Shown here in pieces: positions 12,826 to 24,614 of a stretch of DNA of 64,000 bases. The number at the start of each line of letters is the position of its first letter. Position 1 is the first letter of the stretch. The DNA is taken from contig OZ260663.1 in NCBI GenBank assembly GCA_965285935.1, forward strand, positions 48,422,001 to 48,486,000, in the 5' to 3' direction. The DNA comes from Ophelia neglecta (taxonomy: Eukaryota). A model generated the notes under the pieces. It saw only the letters and a program-made list of their open reading frames with translations. It was not told the origin of the DNA and did no database searches. The position numbers were made by a program, and so were the translations under genes.

Positions 12826-14537
12826 TCAATCTAGATTTCTGGAGCTTTTCAGACTGAGTTTAAACTGGGATATTCCAGTTGATGATTTTATATTTACTGG
12901 CAAATTGTTCCATAATTTGGCGCCAACATAGAAAAAGCTAGACTGCCCAAAAAAGCCAACCCTAGGTAAAATAACATTATGCACACTGCCCCTAGTGCGG
13001 TGAGAATGATTAACCCTAGAATGATAACACAAGTATTCAGGGGCTTTACCAGAAAGGCACTTGAACATAAGACATAAAATATTGTAGTCCACTCTACTTT
13101 GTAGATTCAACCAGCCCAATTTACTAAAATGGCTATAGTCGATATGCTGCCTTGATCCAAGGTCACCAATAATATAAATCGAATTAACTTATTCTGGGCC
13201 GTTTGTAACATGACCTTGGACTTTTCATTAGCCCCATTAAACCAATAGGATGCTGCATAGTCAAAATGAGGTTGAATTAGAGCACTACGGAGAGTTTTTC
13301 TCAGATCATGAGTCAAAAATCCTTTTTTTCTATATAAGAATTTGAGTCTCATATTGACATGTTTGATCACAGCTTCAGCCAAACCTGTACCGCTCATTTG
13401 GTTATCCAACAAGGCACCAAGATATTTCACACTGGTTTTAGAATTCAAATAATTACCTTTGAACATAATATTTAATTGTGCACATTTTGACAGTTTACTT
13501 TTAGGGCCAAACAGGATGCTCTCTGTCTTACCAATGTGCAGAGACAATTTGTTTGACAGTAGCCATTGACTTTAGAGCCTCGAGTTCTACACCAAGTTGT
13601 TGTTCAATTACAGAAATATCTTTCCCTGAAACCATCAGCGCCGAATCGTCAGCATACAAGAACAGCTTACACTTAACAGACCCTGGCATGTCATTGACAT
13701 AGATTAAGAATAAAAGCGGGGCAAGAATGGACCCCTGTGGCACACCACAAGTTATTGACATGTCACTAGAAAATGTTCCATCTGAAAAAACTCTCTGACT
13801 TCTGTCTTTTAAATAAGAAGAAAACCATGCAATTGATACACCATCTAAAATTATAGCCTCCAATTTACCAAGCAGGATTTCATGGTTTACAGTATCAAAT
13901 GCTTTTTGTAAATCGATTAACAGCATTCCAGTTAAATCACCGTTGTTCATATTTTATTTTTTTATATCTGCCAAACTAATCAAAGCAGTTTCAGTAGAAA
14001 ATCTACATCTAAAACCTGATTGATATTGATACAAAATATTGGATTTGAGCAAATATTTATCCACTTGATTATAAATAACACATTCAAGTATCTTAGACAA
14101 GACAGGCAGTATGGAAACGGGTCTATAATTACTCGGGTCACAAGAATCTCCCTTCTTATAAAGGGGAACAACCTTTGCCTTTTTGAAGATTACAGGTACA
14201 CTAGAGGTCTCAATTGACAAATTCAAAATAAAAGTGATGGAATCTGTAACTACATCAGCAGCATCTTTCAAAAACCTAGAAGGAATGTCATCAAGAGCAG
14301 TTGCCTTCTTAACATTAAGACCCCGTAACAGATTATGAACTGTTTCACAATCAACCTTTTGCAAAGAGAACCTGTTCTTTTGTACACCTTTAGAATCATA
14401 ATATTCAACTACATCAAATACAAAACTGCTACAGCACGAAGGAAGTTTTTGCACCAGGCTGGAAGCTACATTACAAAAAAATGAATTGAAACGGCTGGCC
14501 ACTCCAGCATAATCAAATAGCAATTCATCAGTATCTG
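12826..14537 (-). mobile_element. 5'-truncated, disrupted non-LTR retrotransposon (CR1/L2-group LINE), reverse transcriptase ORF2
   Basis: Four consecutive ORFs carry RT motifs KATALDDIP, NYRPVSILPVLSKILE, QSGFR, IDLQKAFDTVNH, GVPQGSILAPLLF, YADD, KYLG and the C-terminal GKAPEYL...LWNNLP. There is an in-frame stop at 13956-13954 and frameshifts near 13560 and 13130. Confidence 0.95.
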
Positions 14538-15130
14538 AGCTGGCGTAGCGCAGCCAGCTTTTAAACGTTAACAAGTTTCCAAGCATTGAATGGTGATGCT
14601 GATTGTTGCATTGGTTTAATACTGCATCCTGATCACATGGAAAATTGTCAATTGCATAATTCACTGAGGTTAACCAGGGGTTAATCATGAAAAAGAGATA
14701 TCTAAGGTCACTGGTAATTCTCCCTTTCCATTCTTGGGGCGGGTCCATGATGCCCTGTCTGACCAAATTTTGCAATTTGAAAACAGGGAATGTCTTCTAA
14801 TTGGGAGAATATTCAGGTGAGAGATCAGCTCTGAAGGAACGATGCATTCTATAAATATATTTATATATACATATACATATAATATTATCGTGGGGCCAGG
14901 GAGCCTCAATAACCCAGCTGTGGTGACTGAGGCATGGGATGTATATCTGGTGGTTCCCGGAGGGAGGGGGAGGGGGAGGGGAGGCACACTTCCCTTTGAC
15001 ATTTGTGGGGAGGTTCTGGGAACTGTGGTGTGGTGTGCAAGGGAGCTGATGGCTGAGTAAACAAAAAATGGTATTCATTGAAGCTATTATACTTCCATGC
15101 AAAGAAAACCTAATATAGCTGGCTTGTTTT
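14538..15130. mobile_element. Putative non-autonomous element abutting the truncated 5' end of the LINE
   Basis: Begins with hairpin AGCTGGC-GTAGCGCA-GCCAGCT (14538-14559) exactly where LINE homology stops. AGCTGGCT at 15117-15124 is the inverted copy of 14552-14559 and is followed by a T-run, a Helentron-associated layout (inference). Confidence 0.4.
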
Positions 15131-15746
15131 TGTAGTGCTTAAGAAGTAGTTAAAGAAGTGTCACTACTACTTTTTATAAATCTATAATGTAATTTATAAA
15201 GTGAAATAAATTGAAATATATTGACATTATCAACATACCTCATGTAGCTTTATATTTCAAGAATTATTTTAGAATGAACAACAACTAAGTTCATCCTTAA
15301 CTGTAAGTACAATCAGATGGACACTGCTAGTCTGACTATAATGGTATATGTAGAGCCAATATATGTTAAATGGTTCTCATCAATCATGTATATCCATTAG
15401 AAAAATACATTAAAAAGCAATTTAATGTCAGAGATTCTCTGACTAGGACACTGCAGGCCTTTAATAGTACATTGAATTATCTTCATAAATATTGTTGTTT
15501 TCTCACATCACAATTACTATGCACTTCTCCCTGTTATTTGGAAACTGGTACAATTATTTTGACGGCAGCATGTTTTTTTTTGTCAGTGCATGTACAAAAA
15601 TGTCCACAAAGGCCATGTTTACAAGTGGCTAAACACAGGATATAAGGAGTCAGTTGTCTACAAAAAATGTCATACTACAAAACGGACCTATAAAACTGTC
15701 ACACTGCAATTTTGAACCACAGGTACAAATGTTGATGCCATATAAA

Positions 15747-16076
15747 GCCACCAAAGCGTGGCCGGGTGGTTAGGGTGTCCGGCTCGCAAGTGGTAGATCG
15801 GGGTTCGACTCCCGATCGCGTCAAACCCAAGACATAAAAATAGGTACTGATAGCTCCCCTGCCAGGCGCCCGGTATTTGGGGGGTAGTATCAGGACTGGT
15901 CAACCGGGTGTCAGTATAATGTGACTGGGTGGGGTTCCCTGTCTGGTGTCTACGGCAGGTTGAGGCAGCACTATAAAGAGGGCATTGGGCCCACTGTCAC
16001 AAGTAGGCACCATGGCGATATGACCATATGAATGTTGAACGCCACGTAAAACTCCAAACAACAACAACAACAACAA
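15747..16076 (+). mobile_element. Full-length tRNA-derived SINE (central region resembles the Meta-SINE type)
   Basis: Pol III box A TGGCCGGGTGG (15759) and box B GGTTCGACTCC (15802), a (CAA)n tail, and a perfect 9-bp TSD CCATATAAA at 15738-15746 and 16077-16085. Confidence 0.9.
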
Positions 16077-16497
16077 CCATATAAATAAATAGAGTAAAGC
16101 TCTATGTGTACATGTGTAGGAGGCATTTGATACTTATACCTGTGTGCTGAACTGAAAATGGAATGTTGACAAGCACTGTACCTCATATTCTATGTGTAAA
16201 ACCTTTTGTAAAGTTAAGCGAGTGATAAAGGATACATATTAGCCATGAAATGAAAATCATGGAAATGACATTTGGGCATTTGGACATTAAAAAAAACTAG
16301 TACATGTATAAATTGATAACTTTTATTAATAAAAGTATATTTACAGAATAAATGTTGTTGAAAGAAACAATACAAGGCTTATTTGAGATTTTTCATCATG
16401 CCTTCTAACATGTGTTCATGTATTCAAACACTAGCATTCTACCACATACGCACGAAATAAGATTTAAAATATTGACATGGCAGGCAGTCTTTCAATG

Positions 16498-19400
16498 TCA
16501 CTTTTCATGAAAATCAGCACCAATCACATCGGATACTTGTGTATATCCCTCTTTCCTGCAGAAAGTAACATGGAAAAAACGTTTATTATTCATTTAGATA
16601 GGAAATCCTTTCCTTTTTATAAATTTTGTATAGCAAAAATCTGTCTTGTTTTCAAAGTAATCAATATATTTCACATCATGATGTTTGAACATAAAAAGAT
16701 GCATCTGACAGCCATGCATGCAAGGTGCCGCTGGACAGACCTTAATTAATAATTGTGACTAATGTAAAATCAGAAGTGTTCACAGAAATCCGATTTTGCA
16801 AATGTACGAAAACTCACTTGAGAATTTCCTTGAGTTCACGTTTGACTTTTGAGACGAGTGGTGGGCCCTCATAGGCAAGTGATGTGTATAATTGCACCAA
16901 GGAAGCACCAGCTTTCAATTTCTCATATGCATCTTGTCCAGACATTATTCCTCCAACTCCTACTATTAGCACTTTACCTAAAGACACATAACAATAAATG
17001 ATTAGATCTAGTCACGGTAGGTTTCTGTTTCTTTATCACAATCTATCAAAGTTCACCAGACATACTAACCATCAGTCAACTTGTACATGTCTTTGATTGT
17101 TTTGGTGGCAAGGTCTTTCAAAGGTTGACCGCTGAGTCCACCCATCTCTTCTTTGGCAGAGCTTTTCAATTCAGAAGGTCTGGTTATGGTTGTATTGCTG
17201 ATAACTAGACCATCCACATGCACCTGAGACAAAATAGAACAATTTTACCCCTAACATAAATTTCTATGCATGGAGAAAAAGTATGCATATTAAGAGGCAA
17301 ATTTACCATTATCACTTTTCTTACAAGGGGATCAATATTAAATGTCAATTAAACTCATTTGGCCATCAAGTTTTCTTGCAGGCAACACAAATCTATCTGG
17401 GGTTTCCAGTTAATGTACTGAAACTGTTCAAGAAATTTAACATTAAAGAAATAAAAGCAATAATAATATCAAACAGTTTGTCCACTTTGGAAATTCAACT
17501 TTTCATCGACACACTGAATCTCTGGGCCTTTTTGGTTTGAGATGGGAAAAAATCAGGTTTTATTTTCCAATTTTTTTTATTTAACCCAATACTGTAACAT
17601 CAGTTATCAGAACAAATTTAAGTATGTTAGGCATAATAATACGTTGAAACTGACTTACATCACATTTTGTAATCACTTCCGCAATATCTATTTTGTCTTG
17701 TTCACTTAAGTCTGGGGATAATTTCACTAGCAAGTATGGCTTGTTTGAAATATCCAACTTATCTCTCTCTTCAACAACCTAGACAACATATTATGTACAT
17801 ATATATATGTACAAACAATGTGAAATTAAATAGCAAACAACAGACTGAGGGTAGGGCGCACATAGGAGAGCTAAACTGAGACTTGAGGCCTCTCACTGAA
17901 TCCTTCTTCAGAGTCTCAAGCAGCAAGTTAATAAAACTGGGTGTATTCTATAAATGATGCCATTAAATGAATACATTTGAAAAGTTCAATAGCATACCTT
18001 TGACAGTAGCTCCTGTAGCTGTTTTCTTCCCTGCAAAGCCCTCAGGCCTGGTGTATTTGGGCTAGATACATTTATTACAAGGTAATCAGCTATCAACCCA
18101 AATTTCTTCACACCCTTCACATAATCACCCACTGCATCATCAGAATTCTTATTCTTGCCAAGGTTCACCCCCAGAACACCTGGCTCTAAAAACAAGAACA
18201 TGCAGCTAGTTCTAATTTTCAATATTGCTGCTTGACAGGTTTTCTAAAATTGCTAATTTCCACAAACCTGAAAGTTCGTAGGAATGTATTAATATGTTTG
18301 TAATTCTTTCATTGTTTTCTTTCATTGATGATGATGACCCTATGTTATTTTGTGATACATTCAAACAAAGGATGACTTTTTCCAAACTCTCAGGTCACTT
18401 CAAATTAAATTGGGAATATCCTTTATTATTCAATAAAATAGATGAGATTTGTGCAGTGCCTCAGGTAATGTAGGTACCTGGCTTTTCCCTTCCCTGAAAT
18501 TGTGGTCTGTCAGGACTCCACAGGTTTTCATTTAGCATGTTCCTATCATCAGGGACCAATGGCCCTAGCAACAATTGCAGCTGCTTAATAATGTAAAATT
18601 AATGTATACTTATGTATGAATTTTACATGTTCAACTTTCCTAGAAACTTTGTAAAAGAACATTTATTTACTTCTTGTACTCCTTGATCTACATTTAATAA
18701 AATTTTGTTTAATAAAACATTATAATTTTAGTAGAGGAATGAATATTTTGTCACATTTATTAAGTATACCCGGTTTTCCTTCTAGTCTGCTGCAAAGTCT
18801 CTGATAAACAACTTCATGCCCATCACTGTTAAAGCCATATCTGAATTCATAAAAAGCAGCATTTAAATAAACAAAGTGATTTTTTTTTAAATATACCCCT
18901 GGTTATTGTGGAAAATCCACAAGAACATTTTTCCTTAAATACGTATTATTGCAAATACAAAAGATTTATTAACAAGTAATGCTGTCCATATGTGGTCAGT
19001 AATAGCCATTGATTATACTTTTTGGCTTACCAGCAATTAAATGCATTTTTTCCTTTTTTCTTCTTATTATAATCTAGTATTTTACCTAACTTGAATTTTA
19101 AAGTTAAGGACAGCCAGTACCTGTTAATAACTGCCTTGTCTTTTTTCAGCCTGAACACACGTGGCTTTGGGTTGCCTGGTTGAGGTTCTGGAGTCACACT
19201 ACCCACTTCTACAAAACCAAATCCCATTTTAAACAACCCATCCACAGCTTCACCATGTTTGTCAAAACCAGCCGCCAGTCCAATAGGATTGGAAAAATGC
19301 TTTCCCCATAAGTTGGTTTTCTGGAGACAAAAAAAAACTTCAAAATTAAATCATGAAATAAAAAAAGAAGCACTTAAATTAACTAGGATATTGACGCTTC

Positions 19401-21210
19401 CCACTTCTCCATGTAAAATAACTATCATGCATCCTTTACTACGGAGTCGTGCTGAAATAGATCATGGTGTCATGCTTTAGAAAGCTCGAGATATGCTTGA
19501 TAGTCATTTCTGTCTGCATGGTTAGATGCCAACTTAGTCTGTAGATAGACACATAGTTTATCCTACCACTTAGTCAGGGTCGACTGTTGATGCTGACAAT
19601 GTGGGACAACACACTGGAGTACAACTGAAAGTATGCCACTACTACCTCTCATAACCAATGTATAACAGTCTAAACATTTCTCATATAATAAAATAAAATT
19701 TAAAACTTGATCTCATTTACCAAAGATTCCGGATTTTCCCTACAAGTGGGAACTAGTTTGTATTTTGCAGCTTTGACGGCCAACCAGTGGGCATTTTCTG
19801 CTCCAAATAACTGCATAACAGGCATCAATACTCTCTTGTACCAAGTCTCATCTCCCCAATAGGTGGCCATTCCAGCAGCTACAAGGTGGCCTCCAATGAC
19901 AATCTCCAGTGCAGATTTCATCTTACTCTGAAATGAAACTGGCCAATTTTAGTAATGCCACTGCATCTTTATATTTACCAGCCACACAAGTTTTTCCAGG
20001 TGGACTAGAACAGGTGGAGAGGTCTGATTTAGAGCATTTAATTATAATGCCTTTGCCATTCTTTGTTTCAAAATTGATTAAAATGTAATGTTTGAACCCT
20101 GAATGCTGGCATCATGAAGACAAGTTTCAGCTTGTGTTACAAACCAATTATATGGGCATGTTACAAAATTATATCATAAAAAATTCTTTCATTTATAATA
20201 CAATGAAACAAGTCCTCCACCCCCCCCCCCCCAAGGGTAAAAATTGAACCCAGATATAAGAATTTTGCTCTTTAGTAGCTTAGATTAATTTGGCCAAGGC
20301 ATCTAAGCATGGGGCATCCCCTGGTGGTTGGGCACCCCATCCCGGGCACCAAGAAAGACAATGACGTCTTTTCTATTGCGGTGCACACCAGAGAAAATGA
20401 TTTTAGGCGATATATAGATTGAAATCACACAAAGCAGTTCTATTAACATACATAGCATCCAACTCGTACTAGTTAGTGATATCACACTATAATAAACTAT
20501 GATTCCACTCATACTTAATTAGTAAAAAATAAATAAAAAAGATTAAATAGAAAAAAAGACACAAATTTAATGATTTTTTCTTTTAATAATGCATGGCATT
20601 CAAATAATGAATAGGTAAAATAATCCCTCCTTGTCAACATCAAAGACCTGTGGGATGGAAAACACGAAAATTTCATAGCCATTACAATATTGATAGTTCA
20701 AATATTATTTTGGCAAAGTTCAATTGATGACATGAGCCCCGATGGGGACAAGTTATTAGCTTAATATAATATCATGTGAAATAATTGAACCAAATGAAAT
20801 AATTAAACATTTTGGTACCCCGTCAGGCCAACACCGGGGGGGGGGGGGGTACAGTTATGTCATGGCGGTGGTGGAGAGGGGGTGGGCAGGTAATCTTTTC
20901 TTACCTCCACCCGAATCAGCCCCCTTTGCCCCCAGCCCCCCTTAAGCCCAAAGCAAGTGACACTCTGTACCCTATTGCTACTGTTCTAGGGTAGGTAGGC
21001 AATCGGCAGATCCCACATATTAAACAGGTCAGAAGACTCGAACTTCTAGGTTCATCCCCCCCCCCCCCCCTCCTTCGGATATCGGATATTGAACACCCCT
21101 AATATAGGCCTATCCCTAATGCAACAGCTACAATAGCGATAGGGGGTAGATAAGCCTATTTACTTAGAATGTCTCCCATATAGACTTACAACTTTTTGTG
21201 TCTGCGCCAT
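16498..21210 (-). CDS. DHODH: Dihydroorotate dehydrogenase (quinone), mitochondrial, class 2
   Basis: Nine GT-AG exons: 21210-21190, 19927-19721, 19320-19121, 18840-18770, 18185-17998, 17778-17659, 17223-17070, 16977-16818, 16555-16498. Total 1179 nt (392 aa). Motifs [73 protein letters not shown]. Confidence 0.97.
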
Positions 21211-21317
21211 CCTCAAGCACAGCAACCCCTAGGAACTGTAGATATGTAATTATTTCAACTTCTTTAAACACGGGCTCTGCCTATATCCAGGAAAAAATAA
21301 CCAGGTAAAATCTAATA

Positions 21318-21540
21318 CGCAACTTGTACCAGCTTCAACGAGCCGGCATAACAGAAGAGAAGGTCTCAGACAATATCATATCAACCCATGAACCCCTGAA
21401 TGGACCAACCGGCTTGTGTTTTACCAAAGGGTTCGCAGCTTGTACCAGTTCAACGAGCCGGCATAACCTGATACGAGAAGAGAAGGTCAGACATATCAAC
21501 TCCTAAATGGATCAACCGGCTTGTGTTTTACCAAGGGGTT
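21318..21540. repeat. Diverged two-copy ~116-bp tandem duplication in the DHODH promoter region
   Basis: CTTGTACCAG(C)TTCAACGAGCCGGCATAAC...CAACCGGCTTGTGTTTTACCAA occurs twice, with units starting at 21318 and 21434. Confidence 0.85.
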
Positions 21541-24500
21541 GGTTCTGTGTATAGGGCGCCTTCGCGGCCAAAAGACTTACTAGTTGCAACGTACATGGTA
21601 GCAAACGGAGCAACTTCAAGTATTTCCTATTTCCCATTTCAATATAAGGATTTAAAAAAAATGAACAACCTTCAATTTCAGTTTAATTTCTGAATCGTGA
21701 ATTATAGGCATTTTAGATCATATTAAGTTAGTTCACAGTTCACGTTTCACTAGGCCATTCGGATTAAAAAGCATTTGTTTTTTTATTGGCTTTACAAATA
21801 GATCTAGACTAACTAATACCAGCCGACCACAAGAAGAATTTTCATGTGAACCTGATTGGTTCCATGTTATATAGGACTATTTTCATAACTTATTTATCAA
21901 TGAACTTGAGTTCAATATGAATTATAATAAAATAGGCCTAGCTGTCAAGTTAATTGGTCTAATTTTCACGTTTCAGACTGTCAATGGCTTTATAGGGTCC
22001 CTACTGTCTATACCAGTCAACCTCTAATGACACCAATTATTTTATGAAGTCTTTTCATGTCCATTGACAACATTATTATTCCCGAGTTCAAATTGGACTT
22101 TTTTTTCAAAATTCTTTTGGGGCCGTCGCCAGCCATTTTTTCTTGTCAATCCTCGGAATGATCCTTAAAGTAGCTTTCAAGTATTTGGGAAGAACGCCAT
22201 TTTAAAAAAATTATCATTTCAAAAGTAGCAGTTTTTTAATTATCTCGTGCTAGAATACGATAATTAATAAGTGCAAATATAGGAGCACAGGCACTTGAGT
22301 AGTGGTCTTCGCTTTCGCTACTTGTATTCTCTATATTCTGAGTATATTAGTAGCGTTAATATGGACAAAAAAACACACAGTGGTATCGCAGCATCGCCTC
22401 TCTCAATTATACTTCTCTCATAAGTAATATAGGAGCTCCGAGACACTCACGCCTAGGCCTGCATAATGCGCTGTACAAAGCAATTAGTGTTTTTATTAAG
22501 GATCGCAGTAACATAATCGGCGAAGCGCACTGACCATTACCAAGGTATCTGGGATGAGGACAGATAAGTGCGTTTAGAACGATTGGGGGGGGGGGGGGGG
22601 GTTAGCATGGGTGAAAAGCATAAATAATGAAATTTCTTCTTGCCAATCCAATTTTATTTGTTCAGAATAAGATTGTGCACTTTTCAGTTTTTTATTTTGA
22701 AATAACCGTTGTAATCCATTCAATTTTGTAATTCTTGTGCTTCTGTTTATATTCATTCATCTTTTATTGAGGTCAATTATTTGATATATGCAGTTGAGAA
22801 CTATTAGGTAATCCAATGATGTATATAAAAACGGAAGTGGATGCCCGTCAGAGAAAGCAAAATCGTTAATCAGGAATAGTTCACGAACAAGGTTATTAAC
22901 AGATAAATGGTTTATCTTTGTCTGCAAGATATGCCCTGTTTTATTGTACGTTAAGCAATTAGGACCGGTATATTCAATATGCCATGTTGACTAACTAAAA
23001 ACTAATTCACTTCTTTAACTCCATTTTACTGCCATGTGGGAAAGTATCGTTGTACTCGTTTAGGATGAAATGAATTCAGGCAAATGAAAGGCCACCACTT
23101 TGAGATTTCAAACTACTCCTAGTGTAACAGAAGTTAATCAGTCTGATTGATTTTCGATTCCCTAAAATATAATCAAGCAATTTTGGAAAACACCCTGCAG
23201 CATAATGATGTCAAAGAACTAACTAAATGAAATATCCATTCACTATAAATGATTATACCAATACAAAAGTTGTGTTAATGCACCTGATGATCAGCTCCCA
23301 TTACCTATTAAATCGTTGTGTCTGATGATATATTGGTGCTTGTTTATTCTTGGTTCGCATCTTTTGCCGAAGGCAGACTTTTTTCTATATTGTACACTCT
23401 ATTTGTGACATATAATATAAATCTTTATCATTCAATGAATGAAAAACACCACACAGGCTTATTGGAAAGCTCACAGCTTAAAGGTCATTAAGGAACATGG
23501 AACGGGGAACTTAACAACTTAATATGATATCATGGTCGATAGCGGCATTTCAGTCAAATAAGTATTGTAGATCTATGTATTAGTCTCTTCCCATATTCTA
23601 GATTGTATCTCTCATTACATTTCATGAAAAATAACATATACTTACTTATTAGAATAAATGTTTGGCATATTTACTGTAACCAAATGGACAGTTTACAGTA
23701 CTATAAGGTTATATTTTACATTACATCTGGAACGATACTGGTTCTATCCAATGATTTATGCCCTTTTATCTGATTTTACATTAGCATTGCCATCAACCAA
23801 CCGTTTCATAAATGCCAGTTGGTTCGATATAACATGTATGCCTGAAGTAAATATTAGACCTGATTAATTTATTAACAAGGCCTTTACTAGAATTCTTTCT
23901 CTGAATTCTGAGTACATTGATTTCATGATTTGTGCTAAATAGACTGGCAGAAAGAAATATGGTCACAAAATAGTTTAAATGGAGAGTCGTTGAAGCTGGC
24001 TTGAAAATGCATACTTTTAGATGCACACTTGTTTGTTTCTTTGTGACAAAGTTGTAAAGAAATAGGCAATTTAAGTATGTCGCTTCGAAATCGTAGCAAA
24101 GCATAATTCATTACAAAGCATCAACTAATCCACTCAGCTCACGCCACCAATTTAGTAACAGCTCCTTTCTCATGGACCATGGAATCTTCTCTGGAAAAGG
24201 GTCGTTGGATGCAAGGTAGCAACAACGCATAGATAATAGAGACTAGTAACATGTTAACAAAAACAACAACAAACATTCGCTCTTTAATATGTATTATCAC
24301 AGAATTTCAAACCCGATAATCCGCCACTCTTCGGCATCAGATAACAACTAAATCAACAAAACTTCATCTATTTTATGAGTCCTCCAAACGTAGAACTTCC
24401 ACTTATATAAGTTCACAGGGCCTAAATATTTACTGCAGAACATTTTCCTGGAGAATAATGATTCAACACAACAGCGTGTCCCAAAATAATTACTTGACCT

Positions 24501-24614
24501 CGTTCATCTAAAGGCCAAGCTTTGCTTTAAAGGGTCACTACAATGAAATTTGAACGTTTTTCCACCTTCTCTCGTCTTGGATTAAAAAATGGCACCTTGA
24601 TTTAATCAAGTGGC

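Noticed and set aside
15747-15825. tRNA gene
   Set aside because: Boxes A and B are present, but the sequence continues into a SINE body, tail and TSD, and has no proper acceptor stem.
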